Positions 23,827-37,345 of a stretch of 64,000 nt of DNA are shown here, one piece after another. Every line of letters begins with the position of its first letter. Position 1 is the stretch's first letter. The DNA is taken from contig OX597827.1 of assembly GCA_951406725.2 (NCBI GenBank), positions 47,616,001-47,680,000 of the forward strand, written 5' to 3'. Both the position numbers and the translations under genes were made by a program. The DNA comes from Octopus vulgaris. Lineage: Eukaryota. The notes below the pieces were generated by a model. It had not been told where the DNA came from. It ran no database searches and saw only the letters and a program-made list of their open reading frames with translations.

Positions 23827-24920
23827 AATGCTAGCTTACCAATTCAAAGGACCCGTCAATTTTTTTTTTTTTTTTTCTATTTTTCAACTATTCTGAATTT
23901 CAAATCTCTCGTATCTATATTACAAGTAATAGCATAGTATTTGCTTACGACAAAATTTATGAACAGTGATAATCTGACTGATAATTCTTTATATTATATA
24001 GTGTGACATGATTTTCAGGTAATTTCACTGCTATTTATAACAAGGCGAGCGGACACGCAGTGTTTCCATAACTGTTTTTTTCCATAAATAACGGCACTTA
24101 TGGAATATAATGTAAAAATATCGATTGCTCCTCATTCCTCATCTCCCTGTCCAAATTTATGAGCTTTGTGTCTAAATTAGACATAAATAATATCTGCCAC
24201 GAGGAAGAGCAACCCAAAACTTTATGATGATTATCAGGACAGACATTTTGAATGAAAATATCTACTTCGCATATTGTCCGATTCATGAATATAACAGGTA
24301 TATTTACCAGCTTAAAACAAATTACTCGTAATACTATCTCTATATTTATTACATTAATTTTTTTCCTTAAAAAACAATGAGTCCATGCCCCAAAGTTTAG
24401 TAACTTTTTGTTATTTCACGCAGTTTAAAGCATTAAATTTACTTTCATTTTGAATATAAACTCATCCATTAAATGCACAAAACTGTAACTTCGTCACGGT
24501 CATGTTTACCGAGGAAACATTATTTTTCAGCTATACTACAGATTTTACTTACAACCATTCCGCACCTAAAATAAACTATATACTTTAAGATCTGCACAAT
24601 GAATATACCCTAAGGTACCGAACGTGTATATCTTCCTTTCACATCGAAAAATTTCAAACAATTAAAAAAAATATTGTACTCTGCACTAACATCCGTTCTC
24701 TGTTGTTCCGCATGTTTAAAAGAAAATTATCAACAACACCTGCTCCATTCTGCTACATTTGTCTCTCTGTTCTCCCTCCTAGGCTTTGTGTGTTTACATG
24801 CTCACATATAAATCCCACTTTGTTCGTTTGCTTCTCTCAATTTCTTTCTTACTTTCTTTAATTTTTTCTTATATTTCTTATTTTGTCTTTGTCTTTCTCA
24901 CTCTCTCCCTCACTCCCCCC

Positions 24921-24966
<46 letters not shown>

Positions 24967-25024
24967 GTCTATCTATCTCCCCCTTTCTCTCACTTTGTAT
25001 ATATATATATATATATATATATAT

Positions 25025-25094
<70 letters not shown>

Positions 25095-25669
25095 CACATA
25101 TATATATACATGCACATATGCATATACAAATACATATATATATATATATATCTATGTATATTTTCTCTCATTCATTGCATTTATATTGCAATCTCCGGCA
25201 GACAACGATGCTTGCTGGTATGTTTTCCGTATGTTATGTCTTCGTCAGATAGACATAATTAGTAGACAATACACTGCATCGTGGAATCGCCAGCATGGTG
25301 AATCTATCATAAAGCAAGCATGAATGGGATACAGGGAGAAAAACTAGACAACATGTAAGAATCCAATGGAGCAAATACGAGGTTAACAAGTTTCGTGGAA
25401 AATTAAAAAAGAAAAATCAATGTCAATATATGTGTGCGTGTGTGTGTGTGTCTGTGTGTGTGTGTGTGTGTCTGTGTGTGCGTGTGTCTGTGTCTGTGTG
25501 CACAGCACTCACTTGCTTATAACCGAAAATGTATATGCTTGTATATATTACCACAAATACGACTTCATTCATACACATAGCGATATATATGTACCTGTAT
25601 GTGTGTAGATATGTACTCCTTCCTTCATTTACCGACATACGTTAAAATTTATATATATATATATATAGG

Positions 25670-25701
<32 letters not shown>

Positions 25702-25802
25702 CAGTAATACATATACATATATATACACATATACATGTAAATATGTATATATATATATATATACGTATATACGCGTGTATGTATGTATACATATATATAT
25801 AC

Positions 25803-25839
<37 letters not shown>

Positions 25840-26472
25840 CACCTAAATATGTACAGTTATATCTATCTATCTATCTATATATATATATATATATATATAT
25901 ATGCGTGTATTATATATATATATGTGTGCGTGTGTGCTTATATATATAGGCACATATATATATATATACATATGTATGTATTTATAAACATACCAAATGC
26001 AAATTTATACACCTATTTGCATACTACATTTATAAATGTGTATGTTCATATACACATACGTACATACACAAATACACACACACACTAGCACACACATACA
26101 CACATATATATATATATATATATATTTATAAGAATTGGGAGACAGAGACAGACAGAAACTGTGTCCACTTATGCAAATGTATATGCACCATTGGCAAATG
26201 TACGTTTTCAGATTGTTTTGTGGCAAAGAAGAAACCAATGATAAGATAAAATGAAATAAAATAAAATATAATAAAATAAAACCTCTGAAAACCTAATATA
26301 TATCTTCTTGTAAAGGAATTTCAGAATAAAAAAAGGTAATGAAAGAACATTTGAAAACATTTGATAATACAATATTAACACCAAAAACAGTCTGCAGTGT
26401 CTAAAAGACATGAAAATAATGTCTTTGATACACCACAATAGTGTAAGAGCAATGTTCTTGCTTGTATGTATG

Positions 26473-26503
<31 letters not shown>

Positions 26504-26689
26504 TATATACATACATACATACATACATATATATACATATATATATATATCTAGTTTCAGCTCAGAGCTGCTTATACATAAATATATATGTATACATACA
26601 TACATATAATTACATATTTGTATCAATATATATATGTAAAGATGTAAAGAGAGGGAGAGAGAGAGGGAGAGAGATAAGCAGGTGGATAG

Positions 26690-26963
<274 letters not shown>

Positions 26964-27623
26964 TCTACACGTATTATTTGATAGTTGCCGATCGTCTACC
27001 CGCTATCTTTCTCCCCATGAATATGAAGATCTTTTCTTTCTTTCGAAGTAGAAATACAAGCTTGTTCTTCACATCAAAATTCTCCGAGGCTATACATATG
27101 TTTGAAAAGAGGAACGAAATATATGCTCAATGATTTATATGGACATATAATATAAAGCAATCTCGCAGTACCTATAGTAACTAACAAAACCGTTTTTTAT
27201 TCCTTTTCTTTTTTTTTTTTAACGTTTTTACGTGTCTGCATTGATATGCCGGTTAGTGTGGATTTCTCCAGTTCAATATACACTGTGGTCCAGCTTTCAC
27301 ATTTATTCTTATCTTTTAGGAATTTTTGCGTCTTTCTGAGTGCGTATTCTTTTCATTTACATGCACATATAAACGTCTATGTATGCATGCATATATGTAT
27401 ATATATGTTGATGTGTATGTATAGAAATATGTTATGTATACGTACATGTATATTTGTAAATTTTGATCGCTCGCTGTTGCGATATACGGTGGATCTTTTT
27501 GTGAGACATACTTTTTTGTTTCGTGACGAATTGTGATAGACACACACATATATACACATATATTGCGTACATCCACATACATATTCCTACATATTTCTAT
27601 ATATAAATATATATATATGTATG

Positions 27624-27664
<41 letters not shown>

Positions 27665-28009
27665 CATGCTCCATTTAAAGCGACTTAACAAAAAAATTGA
27701 CTAAAATAAGATGGGCAGCATCAGTGGGGATTGAACACGAAATCAATGATTAGAGGGCTCTGTACGTACCCAATTCAGTCACCTAGCCCACACAATTTCT
27801 CACAGTTTTAATGTATAGATAATTTTTTGTAGTATTCAGTTTATAAGTTTGTAAAGAAACCCGAAATCTGTAAATTACATATGTATATATACATACATAT
27901 ATATGTCTGTGTGTGTGTATTTGTGTGTGTATGTGTGTGTGTGTGTGTATACTTATATATCTTTCTGTAATAATTACGTTAGTAAATACTTCACATTTTA
28001 ATGCAAGTA

Positions 28010-29234
28010 TTAGGTTGTCAAGAAAGTTCTTGCGGTTTTTAACCTTTAAATTCAGATGCACATATCTCGGCTCAGACAAAACTTTATTAATCGAAATAAA
28101 CACCATCATAATCAACACACTTTTTCCAACGCGAAACAAGTTTAGTTCTGCCAGTAAAAATCCTGCGTTCTAGTGGCGATGAAGTCATTGAAGGCGTGTT
28201 TGGTATTGCCTTGGTATTTGAAGCATTTCTCACGCAGGAAATTGTCGAGATGCTTGAAAAAGTGGTAATCGGTAGGCGAGAGGTCTAGTAAGTATGGTGG
28301 ATGAGGCAGTTTCGTAGCCCAGATCGTTTAACTTCTGCAGGGTAGAGTTTTGCGACTTGCGGCCGAGCGTTGTCGTGGAGAATAATTTCTTATTGACCAA
28401 TGCTGGTTGTTGTCTGAGTTTCTTATGCATTTCATCCCTTTTGCTGACAGTACTTCTCCGCCGTAATGATTTCGCCTGGATCCAAAAAGCTGTGATGGAT
28501 GAGACCTTCCGCAAACCACCAAACAGTCACCATGACCTTCTTTTAGTGCAACTTTGGCTCCAGGAAGTGCCATGGAACTTCGTCGGTGTCCACTCACTGA
28601 CTTGAGCGTCGCCGGTTCTCGTAAAGAATCCACTTTTCATCACAAGTCACAATCCGGTCGAGAAACGGGTCGTTCTTGTTGCGTAAAAGAAGGCAGGACA
28701 ACACTTCATAACGGTGCTTTTTTGTTGTTGTCGTTCAATTCGTGCGGCACCCATTTCACAAGTATTTTTCTTTTTCCAAACTCTTTCAATTGCTTGGAAA
28801 CTGTCGTTTACGTTACGTCTAATTTAGAAGCAAGCTCTCGAACAGTTGTGTATGGATTGGCTTCGACTAAGGCTCATCTGCAAATCTCTCGGCACCTCCA
28901 CGAAATTGCTTGAACCACCATTGTGCTGTACGTTCATTAGTGGTTCTTAAGCCTAACGCATTGTTGAGACCGCGAACTGTTTCAGCAGCTTTTCGGCCTA
29001 GCTTGAACTGGAATAAGAAAATTGTGCGAATTTGCTTTGTTTCCATGTTGTATCCAACGTTCTGGAAAGAATTGTCTAATTATTCAAAAAGAAAAAGTGT
29101 AACACGATTAGATAGAGCGAAAACGGGTTTTAAAATGATATATAAAGTCAAAGTAATTTAACGAAAATTAATTTGAAAATACATCGTTTAAAACCAAAAT
29201 ATAACATTTCATGAGAACTTTCTTGACAACCTAA
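28010..29234 (-). mobile_element. Full-length decayed mariner (Tc1/mariner) transposon
   Basis: TA-TTAGGTTGTCAAGAAAG...CTTTCTTGACAACCTAA-TA gives TIRs and TA duplication. The broken transposase (~28087-29046) shows METKQIRTIFLFQFKLG, WVPHEL, DEKWILY and DLSPTDYHFF. Confidence 0.92.
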
Positions 29235-29881
29235 TATTTATAATGTAACAACCGATTTGTAGAAAATTTATTAAAACTGTATATAATCATGCCTAGAGAC
29301 ATAAAATACGAGTATAGCAGAAATGAAGAGAAATTGGAAAACATACTGAAGATAAATTTTGAAAATATATATCAAATATTCATATTTTCTCCGGACACTA
29401 GGACGTGTTTAACTATAAGGCATCAATAAACTATGTCTCATATTTCTCCATTAGTGGTATCTGCAGGGAGTCTATTTATCTCTTGTTTACAAACTGCCGC
29501 TTATGTAAACCAGTGATAAATAAACTCAGTGCACACATTAAGGACAAAATTATGGTTAATTTCTTCTAAAAATTTCTTTATCAAAATATATGATTTTCTT
29601 GACACACTAAAAGTAAGGTAATTAACTTAATGCTAAATTAACGCTCGGAAATGAATATTTATCGTAATTATATGATTAAATATTGTGAGACTTTAATGAA
29701 TATATTTCCTTCGATAAAATTTGAAACACATACACATACAAGCGAATGCACATATATATGTGTGTGTGTGTGTGTATGGGTGTGTGTGTGTGTGCGTGCG
29801 TGATTGTGTGTGTGTGAAGGGTGAGTGTAGATATAATTATAATGGTTGTCTATATATGTATATATGTAGATATAATTATAA

Positions 29882-30300
29882 TTTTACTCTCTCTCTTTTA
29901 CTCTTTTACGTGTTTCAGTCATTTGACTGCGGCCATGCTGGAGCACCGCCTTTAATCGAGCAACTCGACCCCGGGACTTATTCTTTTGTAAGCCCAGTAC
30001 TCATTCTATCGGTTTCTTTTGCCGAACCGCTAAGTAACGGGGACATAAACACACCAGCATCGGTTGTCAAGCAATGCTAGGGGGGCAAACACAGACACAC
30101 AAACACATATACATACATACATATATATATGTATATACGACAGTCTTCTTTCAGTTTCCGTCTACCAAATCCACTCACAAGGCTTTGGTCGGCCCGAGGC
30201 TATAGTAGAAAACACTCGCCCAAGGTGCCACGCAGTGGGACTGAACCCGGAACCATGTGGTCGGTAAACAAGCTACTTACCACACAGCCACTCCTGCGCC
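29882..30300 (-). mobile_element. SINE family A, full length
   Basis: Homologous to the 1240 and 45474 copies. Confidence 0.88.
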
Positions 30301-30689
30301 TATAAGCTTCATAATTATATTTATTCATACGTCTCTTCACAAATCTTTCTGGAAACATCTCAAACAACTCCCTACACGAAAGGGCCATGAAACCACAAAG
30401 CATGACTTACAGATAGATCAACACACCCTATCAGGCGGTGATTTTAATTTAAACATGGTATGGGCGGATTAATCTTTGGCTGAAACATATCTATAATTTC
30501 TAAGTTATCTAACTTATTATTCCCCCAGAACCCAATGTTGTCCTCCTACCTTATAACATCTCTTCCTGATACTTAATATAACCGCTGCCTTCCGATGCCT
30601 GACGCCTATTGTAATAGGATCTTCTATCTTGCCTCTCAGCCATACCTATATAATTAAGATAGTAATGATAATGTTAAGAAGATGAATAA

Positions 30690-30725
<36 letters not shown>

Positions 30726-31099
30726 GAAAAGAAAGAAGAAATAGAGAAAAGAAGTAGAAGAATGAAGAAGAGGAAGGGGAGGAAGATGAAGAAAAAGAAG
30801 AGGAAGGTGATGATGAAGAAGAAGGGGATGAGGATGCAGAGAAAGAAGAAGAAGAAGAAGAAGAAGAAGAAGAAGAAGAAGAAGAAGCGGTTTACGTTTG
30901 TCAAATATTTTTTAGCTTAGCTTGATCTATTGTCTCTTGACGATTGGAATGTTGATATTTTGATGGAGACCGTTGAAGATGACACGCAATTACATTTCGA
31001 GAATTCGGTGACAGTTTTTCTCACAGAATCAGCTTATTTTTCCGTATGAGATATTTGCCTAAGTATATGTCGTTGCATTATCTTATATCATTTCTTTTT

Positions 31100-31805
31100 A
31101 TCTATCTTTTACTTGTTTCAGTCATTAAACTGCGGCCATGTTGGGGCACCGCCTTGAAGGACTTTAGTCGAACAAACCGGCCGTAGTATCTTTATTTTTC
31201 TGTCACTCTGTTACTCTATTGGTCATCGTTGCCGCACCATCAGGTTACGTGGATGAAAACACATCAACACTGCTTGCATGCGCTGATAGGGAACAAGCAC
31301 AGATACCAAGGCACACGCACACACACAAGCAAATATATATATTCTCGATGGGCTTCTTTCACCTTCCATCTACCAAACCTACTCACAAAGTTTTGGTCGG
31401 TCCGAGACTCTGGTAGAAGACACTTGCCCAAGCTGCCATTATTTTATGCGCCTTTTCCAAGCTTACCCAGGCTCAAGGGCCCGGTTTCCCGGTTTCGCTG
31501 GCGTATGTGTTCCTCCAGATTGACAGAACGCCAGTCCATCGCAGCGTTACTCAAGAAACACGAAGAAAGCGTGAGAGAAAGTTGGGGCGAAGAGTACATG
31601 AGCCGCCACCCACCCCCATGCCGAAGCCTCGTGGAACTTTTAGGTGTTTTCGCTCAATAAACACACATAACGCCTGGTCTGGTAATCGAATCCGCGATCC
31701 TCCGACAGTGAGTCTGCTGCCCTAACCACTGGGCCATTGCGCCTGCAACATGTTGCCATTTCGTGGGACTGAACACAGAACCATGTGATTGAAAACACAG
31801 CCATA
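31100..31805 (-). mobile_element. Old family A SINE with a family B SINE nested at ~31437-31743
   Basis: The family A sequence breaks at CCCAAGCTGCCA and resumes at TTGCCATTTCGTGGGACTGAAC. Confidence 0.75.
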
Positions 31806-32354
31806 ATTTACTATTGTCCTTGTGATCACTCCATGCAGGAGTGAACTTTCTTTCACTGCACACCTTGTCTTAAAAGCAGAAAGCGCTACACACGATGTGG
31901 CATCTTGGAAATGCAAGTCTAATGAAATGAAACGCAGTACGGACGATGTGTATGGGGAGATGTCTAAGCTTCATTTTGTGGCAGCATTTTAAACACGTAT
32001 AACAACAGATTAGAGAAGAAACAGGGTAGATAAATAAAGAGAGGGAGAGACAGAAAGGGAACGAAAGGAGGGGGAGAGAGAAAGAGAGGAAAGGGAGGAA
32101 TCAGTATGAAGGTTGTGTACAAATATCAACTGGAAGAAACGTTTCAGAAACAGAACAGCGATTACCATATTCCCATTCGAGCTTGCCCGAATGTATTAAC
32201 AATATATAGGCACACCATTGTTTCGATTTCAGCATTTTCTCGTCTTCATTATGAATTCTTACCGGTTTGGTTGACACCAGCACGCACCAGCAAATAATTT
32301 CATTTCAAATTCTATAAAGAAGAACCACAAAACATGCTTGGTTTCGTTGATTCG

Positions 32355-32415
32355 AGGGGGTCTTAGGCTGAAGAGGGTCAATCAGGACGAAATCCCGTGA
32401 TGTCAAAGACCCTTT
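32355..32415 (+). ncRNA. Degenerate hammerhead-like motif
   Basis: AGGGGGTCTTAGG-CTGAAGA-GG-GTC..GAC-GAAA-TC-CCGT-GA-TG-TCAAAGACCCTTT. Stem I is long, but there is a G at the cleavage position. Confidence 0.5.
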
Positions 32416-32587
32416 ACCTCAGGAAACATAATGAGTTTTAAATACCGTAATCAACTGAAAGAAAAACGTTGTTCTCCGAAGAGGAAATAAAGTAAGAATT
32501 AGTACCTTCACTTTCGAAACTATCGGAAGGTATTAAAATATGTGCGCTATTGTTTTGACTGTCGCTGTTCTCTTTGCAGTTGATAAA

Positions 32588-33125
32588 TTAGGTTGTCTGG
32601 AAAGTTCGTGCCGATTTATAGTAGCTTACCTTTCGACTTATTTTAGAACATGGTTGAGTCCATAAAATAGCATTTGACTACACCTCCATTTAGAGCAACA
32701 TTTAAGCTATCTTTTCGTGGAAGAAGATTTATGTTCTTATAACCTGTGTTAATTATGTAACCCTTTAAAATGGAAGATAACAAAGTTCATTTTCGGCACT
32801 TGATGCTTTGGGAACTAGACAAAAATTGCTGCACCTCGGTTGCGATGTGTTACCCCACCTTCCATATTCGCCAGATATTGCTCCTTCGGATTTCCACTTA
32901 TTCAGGTCACTGCAGAATAGACTTAATGTTAAAGGTTTCAATTCCTTGGATGACGTAAAAAGATACGTTGATGAATTAACTGCCATGAAACCACCTCAAT
33001 TCTGGGAAGAGGGTATTTTCAAATTAAAGGAAAGATAGAGGCGTATTCTGCAACAAAACGGTTCATATTTGGTTGATTAAAATTGTAATGGCAAGTGTTT
33101 ATTGACCTTTTTCTTTCCTTTACAT
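32588..33125 (+). mobile_element. Internally deleted mariner
   Basis: 5' TIR TTAGGTTGTCTGGAAAG. MEDNKVHFRHLMLWE is joined directly to HLPYSPDIAPSDFHLFRSLQN. The 3' TIR is not clear. Confidence 0.85.
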
Positions 33126-33995
33126 ATTATGAATATTCGAGTATTCGTGGAAAACAAATTAAATCTGAAAACAATTACGACATTGACGAACTAATTTCGT
33201 TTCAGTTATAAATAATTTGTGAAGATTATACATAAATTTTTAAGGTAATAACGGATACATTTAAATAGCATTCTTTCCGACAACAAATCATTTGCTATGA
33301 TTATTTGAGTGTAAAAAGATTACGTAACGATGTCTCACGTTTAATCGTTTAATAACTGTGTGACTAACGCAAAGTTGATGTTCGAATTGAGTCTTTGATC
33401 ACAAAGAATACGTTTGATACAAGAATATTGATTCGTAAGAAAAGCAAATATAAAAGGAGATATTAGTGTCTTTACCCATCCTATATCTACGTATATAATC
33501 AAACATTAGAAATCTCTTCTACTCGGGTAATAAACCTGGTAAGCATTAATATAGATTCCTTTCAAAACAAGTCTACAAAAAGTTTAGATTCCGGAGTTGA
33601 CAAGAGGCAAAGGCAATATATTTTACAACAGAGTAATAAACGTGAGAGTATCCATGGTTAATAATTGTCGAAGGGTTTGTATGGAAAGAGGAGTCTGTCA
33701 AACGAAGTTGGTAGACCGTTTATATTCGCACGTTAATTTGTAAGTAGAACGCTTTCGAACGACAAATGGAGATTTTGTGTGGGCAATAAAATGACGAAAA
33801 ATGAAACCACATTTCTAATTCTATAATTCATTGTAATTCTTAAAAGTGTCGCCAGTTCATTGAAAACTGCTAATCTAATATAGAAATCACGCGGCATCAT
33901 ATTTTCTTATTAATGTTTGTTTAATAACTTTGTCACATTTTAAAATCAATTCTTTTAAGAATTCCTATACAAACACATTTCTATTTACACGCACA

Positions 33996-34065
<70 letters not shown>

Positions 34066-34123
34066 CGAATGAATGAATGAATGAATGAATGAATCAATCT
34101 ATCTATCTATCTATATATCTATA

Positions 34124-34180
<57 letters not shown>

Positions 34181-34522
34181 CTATATCTATCTATCTATAT
34201 ATATATAGGTATATGTGGGTGGGTGTATGTATGCATGTATGTTTATATGTATGTGTATACATACACACGCACACACATGATTTATATATGCAGACATACT
34301 TACAACAGCACATATATGTATATTGTATATCCTATCATATTTGATAACGGTTTTTAAGCAAATATATCCTCTTTAATGATATATTTATTCTTTCAATCCT
34401 ACGCCAAAATCTTTAAATTTATTTTAAAACAAATTGTTAGTATATACATACACACATAGACACACACATTCATACATATATAAATATATACATACATATA
34501 TTATATCATATATATATATTAC

Positions 34523-34554
<32 letters not shown>

Positions 34555-35533
34555 GTATGTATATATGTATACATAAACATATACATACCTACATACAATA
34601 CAGGAACGTACACACACACACGCACACATACAAGCGCTTACACACGCACATTCATATTTACATACATGCATAGGTTTTGCTGTACATCAGTTACTGCGCT
34701 GTTGCGAACTAATAAATTTAGAGTGATATCGTTCTTATCATTGAAGTGGAAATCTGTTTAAATCAAGGAAACGCAATTTGTTTGAAGATTTATTTATAAG
34801 TGTTTCCTTTTGGTACCATTGTAAACATATGTGACAATTATATTGAGCGGAGAGACATTGTATGTATGTATGTATGTATGTATGTATGTATGTATGTGTT
34901 TGTGTCTCAGAGTTTGTGTATCGCTGTTTATTGTGTCCTTGCGTTCTCGCTTTGGTAAGCATCTGATTTGTATTTCTGAATTGATATATCGACTCTAATA
35001 ATGTTTATTAACGCATCGATTGGGTAGAGTTGATAGGATAACAGAGAGTAAGCTCTAAGTTTAATGGTTCATATTGACGATGAATCCATAACACGGTGGT
35101 CTTTTTCTTCCTCTTCTCCTTCTTCTTCTTCCTCCCCTTCCACTTCTTCATTCTTCTACTTCTTTTTTCTATTTCTTATTTCTTTTCTTCTTCTTCTTCT
35201 TCTTCTCCTTCTTCTTCTTCTTCTTCTTCTTCTTCTTCTTCTTCTTCTTCTTCTTCTTCTTCTTCTTCATCATCATCATCATCATTCTTCTACCTCCTTT
35301 ACTTCTTCTTCAACTTCTTCTTCTTCTTCTCATCTACTTCTTCTGTTTATCCTCCTCGTCCTCCTTTTTCTTCCTCCTCTTTTGTTCTTCTTCTTCTTCA
35401 TCTACTTCTTCTTCTGTTTATCCTCCTCGTCCTCCTTTTTCTCCCTCCTCTTTTGTTCTTCTCTATCTTCTTCTACTTCTTCTTCTTTTCGTACTACTAA
35501 TGTCTAATATATTAAAAAATCACAATGTATTTT

Positions 35534-35578
<45 letters not shown>

Positions 35579-35656
35579 AACTACTACTACTACTACTACT
35601 ACTCTACTTCCCTCTTTTTATACTTTCATCATCATTATCAGCATCGTCGTCGTTGT

Positions 35657-35714
<58 letters not shown>

Positions 35715-35720
<6 letters not shown>

Positions 35721-35845
35721 TTTATAGAAGGAGCTTCTACAGGACTAGAACTGTTTCATTCAAATGAAATCATCAGGAGCTTCCTGATGATTTCATTTGA
35801 ATGAAACTGTTCTAGTCCTGTAGAAGCTCCTTCTATAAAATAAAT
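35715..35845. repeat. Near-perfect palindrome (64 bp arms, 3 nt loop, one mismatch) built from a hammerhead-like unit
   Basis: 35715-35778 is the reverse complement of 35782-35845. The unit contains CTGATGA-TTTCATTTGAAT-GAAA-CT-GTTCT-AG-TC. Confidence 0.9.
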
Positions 35846-35929
35846 TAATTTACTCTGCTATGTATTGAGTACCTTATTTACTGTGGTTAACCCCGACTCA
35901 ACCCGGGACCTACACACACACACACACAC

Positions 35930-35970
<41 letters not shown>

Positions 35971-37059
35971 ATCGTCATTTAGTCAGCAGATAATATTCGT
36001 TGGAATATTTCGCAGTTCTCACTAGAAATAGATTCAAAATTAGTTGTTCGGGTGGAGATGGTTAAAGCTAATAATATTTACTATTGAATCTTTATAGAAT
36101 TCAAATACAACAGGTGATGTTCTCACCAATCAGGGAGCGCCGATAGCCAGATAACGTACAATAACCGTTTGAATAAATATTTTTTGTGTAAAAGTGCTAA
36201 TAAAAATATTATTGAATTTCTCGATATAATTCAGAGGAAGAATCAGTGTTTGTTTAACGATGAAAGCGCTATAATGGTCCAATTTGATTTTGCCTTTTCA
36301 AATTTCACAAATATTAAACAACTTGATTCAATAAACATTAAACACTGTTATGTTAAACTAATTTTAATTAAGTATCGACTAAATTACTTATCGATTATCT
36401 GCCTTTCAACAATGGAACACTGTCAACGGTATTGAAAAACGAAAAACTATTTTCGTTTTCTTTACTGATCGTCTTTTTTACTTTTCTTATAAAACCTCAA
36501 TAACGCCAAAATGTAATTATTAATATGACATATAGAATCAGATTTATCAAGCAAATATAATAAAACTGTCTTTTTTCTCTTTTTAATTAATGGTGTTGTC
36601 TGGAGTAAAGTCCATTCCCGCGATCCGAAATTCGTAAGATCAACCCTGTTATGGTTCCAGTTCAATGGTTTCAACATTGGGACACAAGAAACTCTGTTTT
36701 TTACTTAATGTTTTACTTAATGTATCACAGTTACTCCATTATCAATCGCTTTTTAGTCTTTCTTGGTATATTTTTTATTTATACTTTTGCGTATCACATT
36801 CGATATGTCTCTTTTCTACGTATTCTTGTTTTCATCGATGTAAGGTGAGAATGTTCGTGATCTACTTATAAGTACATTATGAAATAATGTACTCAGATAC
36901 ATTGTGTCCGGTTCCATTCAACTGCACTCTACCTCGAAAATATCTCTCCTATAAGAGAATGATTTCACCAAGTTATTCTGAGTGAAATTTCGTTGTCAGG
37001 AAAATGATGGAAGCATGTCGTAAAAACTATTTGTTTTTCTTAATTAATCCTTTCTCCTG

Positions 37060-37345
37060 GAATCACAGTGCCTTGAATTTGGGGGAAGGGATTAAGTCAA
37101 TTACATCAACTCCAGTGCGTTACTGGTACTTACTTAATTAACCCCGAAAAGACGAAAGGCAATGTCGACCTCGGTGGAATTTGAACTCAGTACATAGCGG
37201 CTGAACGAAATACCTATTTTTTACTACCCACAAGGGGCTAAGCACAGAGAGGACAAACAAGGACAGACAAACGGATTAAGTCGATTATATCGACCCCAGT
37301 GCGTAACTGGTTTTTATTTAATCGACCCCGAAAGGTTGAAAGTAC
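37060..37345 (-). mobile_element. SINE family C tandem dimer, partial
   Basis: Two units joined at CGAAATACC|TATTT. Confidence 0.8.

Noticed and set aside
25215-25255. Minus-strand CTGACGA...GAAA
   Set aside because: No convincing stems I-III. The same applies to CTGAAGA at ~29347 and TCATCAG at ~23030.
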